Positions 1 to 10,266 are shown, counted from the first letter of the stretch. The stretch: DNA of 64,000 nucleotides from Sphaerochaeta sp. (GCA_004294855.1 SHOI01000001.1:6111-70110); one strand, 5' to 3'. The notes: generated from the letters alone by a model not told the origin. Program-made: numbers and translations.

Positions 1-2
1 GA

Positions 3-710
3 GAGTCCGCTCTGTTCAGGATTTCCCTGCCAAAAAAACCAACCTTGACAAACTACAAGACAGTCCTCTCCAAACTCTATTTTTGGCGGGGAATGCGAAA
101 TTCCCTGATTCTTTCCATTTCAGTGACTCTTCTGGTTAACTTTACCGGGGCTATGGCGGCCTTTGTCATCCAACGGAAAAACGGAATTCTGTGCAAATGG
201 ACGTATTACGCTCTCTTTGCCGGAATCATCATTCCCGTTTCAATCATTCCGACAATCCAGCTGATGATGCAGACCCGAATCCACAACACTTATATCGGTC
301 TCATTCTTTTCTATACTGCGGTGAATCTGCCGTTTACCGTTTTTCTGCTCACAGGATTCATGAAAACCATACCGAAAGAAATAGATGAGGCCGCAATGAT
401 TGAAGGGTGTGGACCTTTCAGAATGTTTGTCCAATTGATAATACCTCTTCTTAAGACTCCTCTCGTAACGAGCACCATCGTGACGATTACAGCTGTGTGG
501 AACGATTTCTCAGCACCGTTTTATCTCATCAGTGATAGTAAAAAATGGCCTATAGTAATCAGCGTCTACAACTTTGTCTCGCAATACTACACCGATTGGG
601 GTACCGTCTTTGCGTTCATGACATTGGTCCTGCTCCCGGTCATCATCGTCTATGGATTCCTCCAGCGATATATAATCGCCGGTCTTACGACCGGAGCGGT
701 TAAAGGATAA
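3..710 (+). CDS. Carbohydrate ABC transporter permease (MalG/UgpE-like), 5' end outside the window
   Basis: Frame is open to the window edge; multiple TM segments; EAA loop 'IPKEIDEAAMIEG'; ends 'GLTTGAVKG'. Confidence 0.92.
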   Translation, partial: ESALFRISLPKKPTLTNYKTVLSKLYFWRGMRNSLILSISVTLLVNFTGAMAAFVIQRKNGILCKWTYYALFAGIIIPVSIIPTIQLMMQTRIHNTYIGLILFYTAVNLPFTVFLLTGFMKTIPKEIDEAAMIEGCGPFRMFVQLIIPLLKTPLVTSTIVTITAVWNDFSAPFYLISDSKKWPIVISVYNFVSQYYTDWGTVFAFMTLVLLPVIIVYGFLQRYIIAGLTTGAVKG

Positions 711-718
711 AGAATAGA

Positions 719-2674
719 ATGAAGAACGTCGGTACATTTGCTCAACTGAATCCTCTTCCGTTGCACAGTACAGTCTGGTCCAAGGGGTTTTGGCACAATC
801 AATTCAATCTTGCCAAAGACTCGATCTTGCCTAACATCTACAGATTGTTTGATGATGATAAAGTCAGCCACTGCTTGGCCAACTTCAGAATTGCAGCAGG
901 GCTTCAGAAAGGAATGCATTCCGGGCCTCCATTCGCAGATGGAGATTTCTATAAGTGGCTTGAAGCCGCCTGTTATGTCTATGGGGCTACTCATGATGCC
1001 GCGTTGAAAGAGAAAATTGATTCATCAGTGGATCTGATACAGGCTATTCAACGTCCCGATGGATACATCTTCACATATTATTCAATCCAGCTGCAAAACG
1101 GTGTCAAAGAAGAAAAGCTGGGTAACAGCCTCAACTTTGAAGCATACAATCTCGGTCACCTCATAACGGCTTCGTGCGTACACGCCAACGTGACAAAAGA
1201 GAACACCCTTCTTGATGTTGGAGTTAAAGCCGCCCGTTGTCTTAAAGACTTATTTGAAGAAGCGGAGCGCAAAAGAACTGCTAAGACCGCAATCTGCCCT
1301 TCCCATTATATGGGCTTGATCGATCTTTATCGATTGACCGGAGATTCCACGCACATCGATACCGCTCAGTTGGCGATCCGGCTTCGCGACCGGGTCGTCG
1401 ATGGCACCGACGACAATCAGGATCGGATCAATCTCCTTGAGCACGATGAGATGCTTGGGCATGCGGTTCGAGCGACATACCTGTACGCCGGCGTCGCCGA
1501 TCTTTTCATTGAAAAGGGGAACGAGTCCTTATATCGGATGCTTGAGCGAGTCTTTAAAAGCGCAGAATACCATAAAACCTACATAAACAGTGGAGTAGGG
1601 GCGCTGTATGACGGGGTTTCCCCCGCTGGCTATGCGGGAGACAACCCGAACCTTGCCCGAACTCATCAGGCATTCGGTCGTCCATATGAGCTCCCGAATC
1701 TTACGGCGTATAATGAAACGTGCGGTACGGTCGGCAACATTCTGTTCAATTGGCGAATGCTCAGAATCAATGCTCAGGCGATTCATGCGGAACGCATTGA
1801 ACAGTCCTTCTATAACCTCATCCTTGCTTCGGTGAGCAGAGATGGACTCCTCTATTTTTATGCGAACCCCCTCGCCCGCGAACAGGAAGCATTGCCATTC
1901 CATCTCAAGTGGGATCGAACCAGAACTCCTTACCTTTCTTCTTTCTGCTGTCCTCCTAATATGCTCCGACTGATCGCCCAGTCCAGTGAATATGCATATG
2001 CTCAAAGAGAGGAGGGGGTCGCTATGGTCCTGTATGGCGACAGTGAAGTTGCAATGCATTTCAACGGAGAAGAAGTTCTGATTCGTCAAGAGACCGAATA
2101 CCCGTATTCAGGCGAGATCAAGATTACCTTTGAAAAGGCTCCAAAAAAGGAATTCACCCTGTTCATACGGATTCCTTCATGGGTGAAAAAGGGTTCTCTC
2201 ACTCATGGTAGCAAGACCATGGCATTGGACCCGAAGGATGCAAACACCTATATTCCGCTGAAGAATATTTGGAAGGATGGAGAGGCCGTCTCCCTCTCCT
2301 TTGACATGACGCCGCAATTGATAACCGCTCACCCTCTTCTTGAGAGCACGATCCATCAAGTCGCTGTAATGCGGGGACCTCTCGTGTATTGCATAGAGGA
2401 GCTCGATCATCCAGAGGCTGATTTCAGCAGTTTGGGCATTTCACATGACGCTTCCTTTGTGTTGGGATCCAAAACCGTTCGAGGGGAAACCATCGTAACC
2501 CTTGAAAGCGATGATGGACTCTTTTACAGAACACCCGCATGGGATAATAAAACCCTGTATAGGAATCTCCCCATTGTCGAGGTGCAGAAGACGAAGCTCA
2601 CCTTCATCCCGTATTTCGCTTGGGATAACAGAGGGCTAGGTGGAATGAAGGTTTGGCTTCCGCTATATCTATAG
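719..2674 (+). CDS. Glycoside hydrolase family 127, aceric-acid-hydrolase-like subtype
   Basis: GH127 motifs GHAVRATYLYAG, YNETC, CCPPN, RGPLVYC, IPYFAWDNRG; subtype motifs AICPSHYMG and GALYDGxSP...HQAFGRPYELPN. Confidence 0.9.
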   Translation: MKNVGTFAQLNPLPLHSTVWSKGFWHNQFNLAKDSILPNIYRLFDDDKVSHCLANFRIAAGLQKGMHSGPPFADGDFYKWLEAACYVYGATHDAALKEKIDSSVDLIQAIQRPDGYIFTYYSIQLQNGVKEEKLGNSLNFEAYNLGHLITASCVHANVTKENTLLDVGVKAARCLKDLFEEAERKRTAKTAICPSHYMGLIDLYRLTGDSTHIDTAQLAIRLRDRVVDGTDDNQDRINLLEHDEMLGHAVRATYLYAGVADLFIEKGNESLYRMLERVFKSAEYHKTYINSGVGALYDGVSPAGYAGDNPNLARTHQAFGRPYELPNLTAYNETCGTVGNILFNWRMLRINAQAIHAERIEQSFYNLILASVSRDGLLYFYANPLAREQEALPFHLKWDRTRTPYLSSFCCPPNMLRLIAQSSEYAYAQREEGVAMVLYGDSEVAMHFNGEEVLIRQETEYPYSGEIKITFEKAPKKEFTLFIRIPSWVKKGSLTHGSKTMALDPKDANTYIPLKNIWKDGEAVSLSFDMTPQLITAHPLLESTIHQVAVMRGPLVYCIEELDHPEADFSSLGISHDASFVLGSKTVRGETIVTLESDDGLFYRTPAWDNKTLYRNLPIVEVQKTKLTFIPYFAWDNRGLGGMKVWLPLYL

Positions 2675-2690
2675 GATCGGGAGGTAAAGC

Positions 2691-3614
2691 GTGCGCTACA
2701 CATCCTATGCCTTTGAAGTCCCGAAAGAAAAGATTGTACGGGTGATCATGAATACGGATGCAAAAAATGAGGCCGACGACCAGTTCGCCATCGTTCACGC
2801 GCTCCTAAGCCCAAAACTTGAACACGTGGGATTCATTGCCGCGCATTACGGAATCACTAGGGATTCCAACAGCATGGAGAAAAGTTTCCGTGAGATTGAA
2901 GTCATCTTCAACAAAATGGGAATGAACGGAGATGGTCTGATACACCATGGATGTACACGCCCCATGAAGTCCAAGACAGAAATAATCAAAAGCGAAGGGG
3001 CTGAATTGATAATCGCCGAGGCGATGAAAGATGATGAGCGCCCGCTCTTTGTCCTTTTTCTTGGCCCGCTTACCGATCTGGCCAGTGCATACCTGCAGGA
3101 ACCAAGGATTGCTCATCGCTTGACGGCAATATGGATTGGAGGAGGAGCTTACCCGAATGGGGGAGCGGAATACAATCTCGGCAACGACATTCATGCAGCG
3201 AACGTCGTATTCGGCTCTCCAATCCCCCTCTGGCAAATTCCAAAAAATGTGTATGAAATGATTCCCGTTTCATTAGCTGAACTGCAACTTAGGGTGTATC
3301 CTCACGGTGAAATAGGAAAGTATCTCTTCAAACAGCTGAATGAGCATGCCCAAGAGGAAATTCCCCGAAAAAGTTCCTTTCGCAGTGGAGAATCATGGGT
3401 ATTAGGAGATTCGCCTGGAGTTGGACTGCTTCTCTATGAACACCGATATGAGTTTGATTGGATTCCCGCCCCGCTCATCGGAAGCGATATGCACTATATC
3501 CATACCGGGCACAATCGGCCTATTCGGGTTTATAAAAGAATTGATTCCCGTTTCATTCTGGAAGATTTTTATGCCAAACTTGCCATATATGCTGATAATG
3601 ACAAAAGGGGATGA
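2691..3614 (+). CDS. Nucleoside hydrolase family protein (divergent)
   Basis: NTDAKNEADDQFAI, LGPLTDLA, WIGG, EYNLGND; GTG start with GGAGG RBS. Confidence 0.8.
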   Translation: MRYTSYAFEVPKEKIVRVIMNTDAKNEADDQFAIVHALLSPKLEHVGFIAAHYGITRDSNSMEKSFREIEVIFNKMGMNGDGLIHHGCTRPMKSKTEIIKSEGAELIIAEAMKDDERPLFVLFLGPLTDLASAYLQEPRIAHRLTAIWIGGGAYPNGGAEYNLGNDIHAANVVFGSPIPLWQIPKNVYEMIPVSLAELQLRVYPHGEIGKYLFKQLNEHAQEEIPRKSSFRSGESWVLGDSPGVGLLLYEHRYEFDWIPAPLIGSDMHYIHTGHNRPIRVYKRIDSRFILEDFYAKLAIYADNDKRG

Positions 3615-3664
3615 CGGTCAATCCATATCCCCTTTCTATTCCATGATGAGTTGTAAAACACAAG

Positions 3665-4426
3665 TCAACAGACGATTACATTGATTCCGGCTGCTTTGAG
3701 CTTCTCTTCATACCCTTCTTCTATCCCATCGTCGGTAATCAGGTATTTGATCTTATCAATGCATCCCAAGGATGCGAATTGAACTTTTTCAAGTTTACTC
3801 GAGTCTGCGAGCAAATACACGACCTTGGCTGACTCGATCATCGCTTTCTTGATGGACAAATCGGTAAAAGACGGGTAGGTGAGACCTGCTTCCAGGCTGA
3901 ACCCTCCGGTCGCTAAAAAGAGTTTTTCAACATAAAGGTTTTCGAAAATCGACAACCCCTTTTCTCCGGTAAGAGAAAACGTCGGCGGTTTGAATTCTCC
4001 TCCGACCACCAGCACATGGTTCGTCGGCTCCATGCCGAGGTGCAAGGCGATGTTAAGGGCATTGGTAACGATATTCAACGAGCTACGGTCTTTCAGGTGC
4101 CGAATCATCTCTGAAACGGTGGTGCCGGAATCAAGAATGATGCTATCTCCATTATTGACGAATTCCGCAGCTCTTCTTCCAATTCTCGCCTTCTCCTCTT
4201 CATGCCCTCGTTTTGGAAGGGATAGGGAGGGCATAGCAGTAGTAAGAGTGTTTAGAAAGGCTCCTCCATGTTGGCGGGTAATGAATCCGCTTTTTTCCAA
4301 GCTTTCAAGATCGCTCCGAATCGTAGGTTCGGAAACATTGAATAATTTTTTCAATTCATGGACACGGCAGCTTCCGTTCTCCTGCAGCAATTGTAAGATT
4401 TTTTCTCTTCGCTGATCTTGAAACAT
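3665..4426 (-). CDS. DeoR/GlpR family transcriptional regulator
   Basis: VSEPTIRSDL HTH, RQHGGA, IILDSGTT, TNAL, LADSSK; start reassigned to MFQDQRR. Confidence 0.93.
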   Translation of the reverse strand: MFQDQRREKILQLLQENGSCRVHELKKLFNVSEPTIRSDLESLEKSGFITRQHGGAFLNTLTTAMPSLSLPKRGHEEEKARIGRRAAEFVNNGDSIILDSGTTVSEMIRHLKDRSSLNIVTNALNIALHLGMEPTNHVLVVGGEFKPPTFSLTGEKGLSIFENLYVEKLFLATGGFSLEAGLTYPSFTDLSIKKAMIESAKVVYLLADSSKLEKVQFASLGCIDKIKYLITDDGIEEGYEEKLKAAGINVIVC

Positions 4427-4638
4427 ATATGGAAACCTCTTTCTTGAGAATCTGACAGTATCATAACTGAAAAAAGACGAAAAAGAAAGAAGAGAAATGT
4501 AGGACGAGTTGAAATAGAAAGAAAGCAAAGTCAAAAAATTCAATACGTGAGCATTGTTTCGTTTTATTTGGAAATTATTGGATTTGTTTTTAATATGCAA
4601 AATAATCAAAAATAAAAGAAAATATTTGAATGTTTTTG

Positions 4639-4667
4639 TTGACGAATTCAGAACCATATCTTACGAT
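4639..4667 (+). promoter_or_regulatory. Sigma70-like promoter of the isomerase-transketolase-kinase operon
   Basis: TTGACG-17nt-TACGAT in an AT-rich divergent intergenic region. Confidence 0.6.
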
Positions 4668-4704
4668 AAGATAGTAAACCTAACTGATTCAAAAGGAGTA
4701 TTAC

Positions 4705-6129
4705 ATGGCAAAAGTGAAATTGGGTTATGCCCCTACACGAAGGAGTATCTTCAGTGCTCCCGATGCTCTTAAATATCGTAATCTTACAAGAGATCGTCTT
4801 GTTGAACTTGGAATTGACTTTGTTGACATTACCGACATCAACGAGGAAGGGCTTTTATATGATGCCCACGATGTAGCTAAAATAGCTGATAAGTTCCGTA
4901 AAGAAAAAATCGATGGTCTCTTTTTACCGCATTGTAATTTCGGAACGGAATATGTTGTCGCTCAACTTGCCAAGGAATTGGGTGTTCCCGTTCTGCTATG
5001 GGGACCTCTCGATGAACGTCCGGAGCCGAATGGAGTACGGCTTCGAGATACCCAGTGCGGCCTGTTTGCAACAGGAAAGGTATTGCGGCGGTTTAGGGTT
5101 CCATTTACGTATATGACCAACTGTCGATTGAATGATCCCGTGTTTGAACGAGGTTTAAGAGACTTCTTGGCTGTTTGCAACGTGGTGAAGACGTTCAAAT
5201 CGATTCGGATTCTGCAAATATCGACTCGACCGTATGACTTTTTGACAACGATGTGCAATGAAGGGGAGCTGTTAGAACGTTATAACGTCCAACTGGCTCC
5301 GATTCCGATGCCGGAGTTGATTGATGAAATCAAACGTTGTGAAAAGGAAGAAGCTGGAGAAATCACCAACGTTGTTGACTACATCAAAACGGCAATGGAT
5401 GTCCAGATACATGACGAACAGCTTACGAAGGTCGCTTCTCTTAAAGTCGCAATGAAAAATCTGGCGGACAAATATCGTTGCCAAGCGATCGCTATTCAGT
5501 GTTGGAACGCACTCCAAGGAGAAATTGGAATCATGCCCTGTGCAGCGAATGCCCTCCTGAATGACATTGGCATTCCGGTCGTCTGTGAAACCGATATCCA
5601 TGGCGCAATCACGGCTTTGCTGGTTGAAGCGGCAGGCATGGATAGATCTCGTTCGTTCTTCGCAGACTGGACCATTCGACACCCGGATCATCCCAATGGC
5701 GAACTTCTACAGCACTGCGGACCTTGGCCGGTTTCCGTCTCCAGAGAGAAACCGATCCTTGGATATCCTCTCGCCTTCGATCATCCAGGCAGCTTGACAG
5801 CGGAAGCGAAGGGCGGGGTGATCAGTCTCGTCAGATTCGATGGAGACAATGGGGATTACTCCTTGCTCCTGGGTAACGCTCGCGGAATCGATGGACCGAA
5901 AGGCATGGGTACCTATCTGTGGATCGAAGTGGAGAATATCAAGCGATTGGAAGAAAAAATCGTAACCGGTCCGTATATCCACCACTGTGTCGGCATTCAC
6001 CAAAATGTTGTCCCTGTTTTGTACGAAGCTTGCAAGTATATCGATGTAAAACCCGATCTGTACGATCCTATTGAAGAGGATGTCAAGGCATATCTACGTG
6101 GTGAAGATGTATCATTGATAAAATTTTGA
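4705..6129 (+). CDS. L-fucose/L-arabinose isomerase family protein
   Basis: NFGTE, RDTQCG, AIQCW, CETDIHGA, FFADW, HCG, GPYIHHC. Confidence 0.88.
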   Translation: MAKVKLGYAPTRRSIFSAPDALKYRNLTRDRLVELGIDFVDITDINEEGLLYDAHDVAKIADKFRKEKIDGLFLPHCNFGTEYVVAQLAKELGVPVLLWGPLDERPEPNGVRLRDTQCGLFATGKVLRRFRVPFTYMTNCRLNDPVFERGLRDFLAVCNVVKTFKSIRILQISTRPYDFLTTMCNEGELLERYNVQLAPIPMPELIDEIKRCEKEEAGEITNVVDYIKTAMDVQIHDEQLTKVASLKVAMKNLADKYRCQAIAIQCWNALQGEIGIMPCAANALLNDIGIPVVCETDIHGAITALLVEAAGMDRSRSFFADWTIRHPDHPNGELLQHCGPWPVSVSREKPILGYPLAFDHPGSLTAEAKGGVISLVRFDGDNGDYSLLLGNARGIDGPKGMGTYLWIEVENIKRLEEKIVTGPYIHHCVGIHQNVVPVLYEACKYIDVKPDLYDPIEEDVKAYLRGEDVSLIKF

Positions 6130-6138
6130 GGAAAAAGA

Positions 6139-6972
6139 ATGGATATAAAAAGCTTGAAAATACAGGCATTTGAAACGAGGAAAGCGATCCTTCAAATGAT
6201 TTATACCGCTCGGGCAGGACACACGGGAGGATCTCTTTCTGCGGCTGATCTGATGACTGCCCTGTTTTTTAAGATCTTGCAGCTGGATCCTCGGAACCCG
6301 AAGTGGGAAGGGCGTGACTATTTCGTCCTTTCCAAAGGACACTGTGTCGAAGCATATTGGGCGGTCTTGGCCCATCGAGGTTTTTTTCCCAAAGATGAAC
6401 TGGCTACCTTCAGCCAATTCGAAAGCCGGCTCATCGGACACCCTAATAATGAGGTTCCGGGAGTTGAAGTAAATACGGGAGCCCTTGGCCATGGCTTGTC
6501 AATTTCCGTAGGAATGGCGATCGGTCTGAAAAAGAGAAAGATGACCAATAGGGTGTTTACACTTCTGGGAGATGGGGAGCTGGGAGAGGGCTCGGTTTGG
6601 GAAGGTGCGATGGCCGGGGGTCATTATGAACTCGATAACCTCATTGCAATTATCGATAGGAATCACCTGCAAATTTCAGGATCGACCGAAGATGTGATGA
6701 CCTTGGAGCCTTTGGCGGAAAAGTGGAAAAGCTTCGGGTGGAGCGTTAAAGAAATTGATGGGAATTCAATGGAAGAAATCGTAAACGTTCTTACGTCGGT
6801 CCCGTTTGAGAGAGATAAGCCCTCTTTGATCATCGCCCATACGATCAAGGGTAAAGGGGTGGATGAAATGGAGAATCTTGCAAAATGGCACCATGGCGTA
6901 CCGGATTCCGAGCTGTTTGAACGGGCAATGAATCGACTCGAAACAATGAAACAGGGGGTACTGAATGGTTGA
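6139..6972 (+). CDS. Transketolase N-terminal (TPP-binding) subunit
   Basis: GHTGGSLS, LSKGH, GHP, TGALGHG, GDGELGEGSVWE, TIKGKG. Confidence 0.95.
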   Translation: MDIKSLKIQAFETRKAILQMIYTARAGHTGGSLSAADLMTALFFKILQLDPRNPKWEGRDYFVLSKGHCVEAYWAVLAHRGFFPKDELATFSQFESRLIGHPNNEVPGVEVNTGALGHGLSISVGMAIGLKKRKMTNRVFTLLGDGELGEGSVWEGAMAGGHYELDNLIAIIDRNHLQISGSTEDVMTLEPLAEKWKSFGWSVKEIDGNSMEEIVNVLTSVPFERDKPSLIIAHTIKGKGVDEMENLAKWHHGVPDSELFERAMNRLETMKQGVLNG

Positions 6973-7912
6973 TTATCGAGCATGTCGTGAAGCGTATTCG
7001 ACGACGATTCTTCAAATAGCGAAGGAAGACCCTTCGATCATCGTCGTAAGCAGTGATGCCCGAGGATCTTGTGGGCTCAGTTCCTATGTCGAAACGCTAC
7101 CGGAACAGTTTGTTGAAGTAGGGATCGCGGAACAGAATGAAATCGGTATTGCTGCAGGACTTTCGGTCGTTGGGCTTAAACCATATGTGTGTGCTCCGGC
7201 ATGTTTCCTGACCGCTCGAAGTCTGGAGCAGATCAAGGTCGATGTCGCCTATTCCCACCAAAACGTGAAAATCTTGGGTGTCAGCGGAGGAATCAGCTAC
7301 GGTGCTCTTGGGGCAAGCCACCACACCTTGCATGATATCGCCGCATTGCGATGTTTCCCCAATCTGGATGTCATCCTTCCATCGGACGCGATACAGACGA
7401 TAGCGGTTCTCAAGGAAGTATCGAAGACAAAGAGAGCAACATATATTCGAATTGGCCGGGAAAAGGTGCCGGTAATCTATGATCCTGAAAAAGAACGGGA
7501 TTCGTACACCTATGGGAAAGCAAACACGCTGGTCGAAGGTTCTGATGTAACGATCATTGCTTGCGGTGAAACCGTCTATCACAGCAGAGAAGCTGCACGG
7601 CGACTGCTTGAAAAAGGTGTTTCGGCTCGGGTCTTGGATATGGCGACCCTTAAGCCGCTTGATAACGAGGCGATTCTCAAAGCAGCAGCTGAAACCGGTC
7701 GAATTGTAACCGTCGAGGAGCATTCAATCTATGGTGGGTTGGGTGCTGCCGTAAGTCAGGTGGTAGGAGCAAATAATCCTGTTCCAGTTCTCAATCTTGG
7801 CTTACCCGATGAATATCTTGTTACCGGCACCGGTTTGGAGTTATACAAACATTACGGTCTCGATGTTCAGGGAATTGCCCAACGAGTACTCTCATTTCTC
7901 GAGGATAAGTAA
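6965..7912 (+). CDS. Transketolase C-terminal subunit
   Basis: EVGIAEQN, GASHH, KPLD, TVEEH; overlaps upstream subunit. Confidence 0.95.
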   Translation: MVDYRACREAYSTTILQIAKEDPSIIVVSSDARGSCGLSSYVETLPEQFVEVGIAEQNEIGIAAGLSVVGLKPYVCAPACFLTARSLEQIKVDVAYSHQNVKILGVSGGISYGALGASHHTLHDIAALRCFPNLDVILPSDAIQTIAVLKEVSKTKRATYIRIGREKVPVIYDPEKERDSYTYGKANTLVEGSDVTIIACGETVYHSREAARRLLEKGVSARVLDMATLKPLDNEAILKAAAETGRIVTVEEHSIYGGLGAAVSQVVGANNPVPVLNLGLPDEYLVTGTGLELYKHYGLDVQGIAQRVLSFLEDK

Positions 7913-7919
7913 GAAGGCA

Positions 7920-9389
7920 ATGAAGGCATATATCCTGGGGTTTGACCAAAGCACATCAAACACAAAAGCAATGCTCTTTGACGAGTCGGGTGAGCTGGCA
8001 GCGCGAGTGGATCTTCCGCATAAGCAAATCATCAATGAATTAGGATGGGTTGAACACAACCCCGAAGAGATTCTGAGCAATCTCTTTGCGAGCGCAGGAC
8101 AGCTTCTTGGGCAAACAGGCATTGACCGATCTCTTATCAAAGCCGTAACGATTTCAAATCAACGTGAGACTGCCTTGGCTTGGGATCGGAGCACCGGGAA
8201 GCCATTATTCAATGCGATTGTCTGGCAATGCGCTCGGGCGAAGGAGCTCTGCGAGGCTTTGGATGAGCATTCCTCTTTCATTCACGAGCGAACGGGTTTG
8301 CACCTTTCTCCGTATTTCAGTGCAGCTAAATTTGCTTGGATGATAGCTCATGTTCCTGAGGTTCAAGAAGCACACTCAAAACAACAAGCGGCTTTTTCTA
8401 CCGTAGATAGTTTTTTGCTCTATCACCTCAGCGAAGAAAAAGTGATCAAAACAGAATTCTCAAATGCTTCCCGAACGCAACTGCTCAATCTTGATGCGTT
8501 GGAGTGGGACCGGGAAGTCGCTTCATTGTTCGGGATTGATGTTGAAGCTCTTCCCGAGCTTTGCGACTCAAACACCCTTTTCGGAACGACCACTCTTAGA
8601 GGACTGCTCCCTTCCAGCGTGCCTGTTCATGGAGTGATGGGCGACTCTCAAGCCGCCTTGTTCGCTCAGGGCTGTTTTGAAAAAGGGGCTACGAAAGCGA
8701 CATATGGTACCGGCTCTTCGATCATGATGAATATAGGATCATCCCCGATTCTTTCCAATGATTTAGTTACAAGTGTTGGATGGAGCATTGATGGTCAAGC
8801 AGTCTATGTGTTGGAAGGGAATGTGAACTATAGTGGGGCCACAATCAGCTATCTAATAGATAATCTAGGTATTCTTTCATCTCCCAAAGAAGCCGGAAAG
8901 ATTGCCTCAGGCGCTCAACATATTGATGGATTATATATGGTTCCTGCCTTCTCCGGATTGGGATCGCCATATTGGGATGCCGATGCCCGAGCCATCATCA
9001 TCGGTCTCGATCGCCGCTCCACCCGTTCGGAACTCGTCAAAGCAGCTGAAGAGGCGATTGCATACCAGATCGCTGATATCGTCTTCCTGATGGAGGAGAT
9101 GGGCTCACCGCTCAAAACGGTTCATGCGGATGGTGGAGCGACGAATGACTCTTTTCTCATGCAATTTCAAGCTGATGTGTTGCAAACGACGATAAAAATC
9201 GCATCGATTGAGGAGCTGAGTGCTCAAGGTCCGGCATTTTTGGCTTTGATGGCCTTAGGCTTTTTGGAGATTAATGACTTGAAAAATCGTCCACCTAAAA
9301 AGATGTATATCCCATTCAAATCAGTCTCAGAACGTGATCGGCTCTATAACGGATGGCTTGGTGCAGTCAAGAAAGCGCTCACCAAATAA
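7920..9389 (+). CDS. FGGY family carbohydrate kinase (glycerol-kinase-like)
   Basis: DQSTSNTKA, SNQRET, AIVWQC, NASRTQL, GDSQAAL, KATYGTG, PAFSGLGSPYW, DGG; start reassigned to MKAYILG. Confidence 0.92.
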   Translation: MKAYILGFDQSTSNTKAMLFDESGELAARVDLPHKQIINELGWVEHNPEEILSNLFASAGQLLGQTGIDRSLIKAVTISNQRETALAWDRSTGKPLFNAIVWQCARAKELCEALDEHSSFIHERTGLHLSPYFSAAKFAWMIAHVPEVQEAHSKQQAAFSTVDSFLLYHLSEEKVIKTEFSNASRTQLLNLDALEWDREVASLFGIDVEALPELCDSNTLFGTTTLRGLLPSSVPVHGVMGDSQAALFAQGCFEKGATKATYGTGSSIMMNIGSSPILSNDLVTSVGWSIDGQAVYVLEGNVNYSGATISYLIDNLGILSSPKEAGKIASGAQHIDGLYMVPAFSGLGSPYWDADARAIIIGLDRRSTRSELVKAAEEAIAYQIADIVFLMEEMGSPLKTVHADGGATNDSFLMQFQADVLQTTIKIASIEELSAQGPAFLALMALGFLEINDLKNRPPKKMYIPFKSVSERDRLYNGWLGAVKKALTK

Positions 9390-9401
9390 GAGAAAGCGTC
9401 T

Positions 9402-10184
9402 TCAGGAATCGCCCTCAACCCACCGTCTGAACATCACCTCGGTCGAGCGGTTCATCTCCCGCATGAACGCGCTGGTGTGCTTGCGCCGGTAATAGAAATC
9501 GGCGAGGGTTCCGGTGTTTTCATAAGGGAGGCTTTGAATCCTTCGCTTCTGCTCTTCGTGCTCAAAATAGGCGGCTTCCATCTCCTTGAGGTGGGGTTCC
9601 CGGTAGGAATCCTTCATGAAGATCGAATCGACTGGGCAGCGGGGGGTCGGTTTTACTGCGTTGTCTGTTTTGGGGTACCCGAAGATGACCATCGCTCCCG
9701 GGATGACGGAACCGCTTAAGTGTAAGAGGTCGCTGAGCTCTTCGAAGTTCTCGATGACATCGCCGATGTAGCAGGAACCGAGGCCAAGGGCTTCTGCGGC
9801 GATCACGGCGTTGTGGGCGGCGATGATCGTGTCCTGAAGGGCGAGGTGGAGATCGCCAAGGCCGATCGGGCGGTAGGGAAGGTCATTCGCTTTTTCAACC
9901 GCTCCGCTTTCATGATAGTAATTCAGCCACTTCTGGGCATCGGCAAGAAAGATCCATACAAGCGGAGCTTTGGCGATCATCGGCTGGTTGTCGCAGAGGA
10001 GGGCAAGCTTCTCCTTCTTCTCCCGGTCACAGACCTCGACGATCGAATAGTACGCCATGTTCCCCGCGGTAGGAGCCCTGAGGGTCGCCTCTTTGAGGGC
10101 AAGCAGGACTTCAGGCGGAATCGGTCTGTCGGAAAAAGCTCGGAGCGAACGACGATTGTGTATCAGGCGGAGTGTTTCATTCAT
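9402..10184 (-). CDS. NfsA/FRP-type nitroreductase
   Basis: RRSLRAF, APTAGN, AAEALGLGSCYIG, FGYP...PR; start at MNETLRL. Confidence 0.9.
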   Translation of the reverse strand: MNETLRLIHNRRSLRAFSDRPIPPEVLLALKEATLRAPTAGNMAYYSIVEVCDREKKEKLALLCDNQPMIAKAPLVWIFLADAQKWLNYYHESGAVEKANDLPYRPIGLGDLHLALQDTIIAAHNAVIAAEALGLGSCYIGDVIENFEELSDLLHLSGSVIPGAMVIFGYPKTDNAVKPTPRCPVDSIFMKDSYREPHLKEMEAAYFEHEEQKRRIQSLPYENTGTLADFYYRRKHTSAFMREMNRSTEVMFRRWVEGDS

Positions 10185-10266
10185 GGTGACAAGTATAGGA
10201 AAAGAGAGTCGCTTGTACCACCACCCGGATATACACATATGCCCCGGGTATTGTATGATGAAGATC

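Noticed and set aside
7920-9389. glpK assignment
   Set aside because: DQSTS rather than DQGTT motif, and transketolase/isomerase context without glpF or glpD
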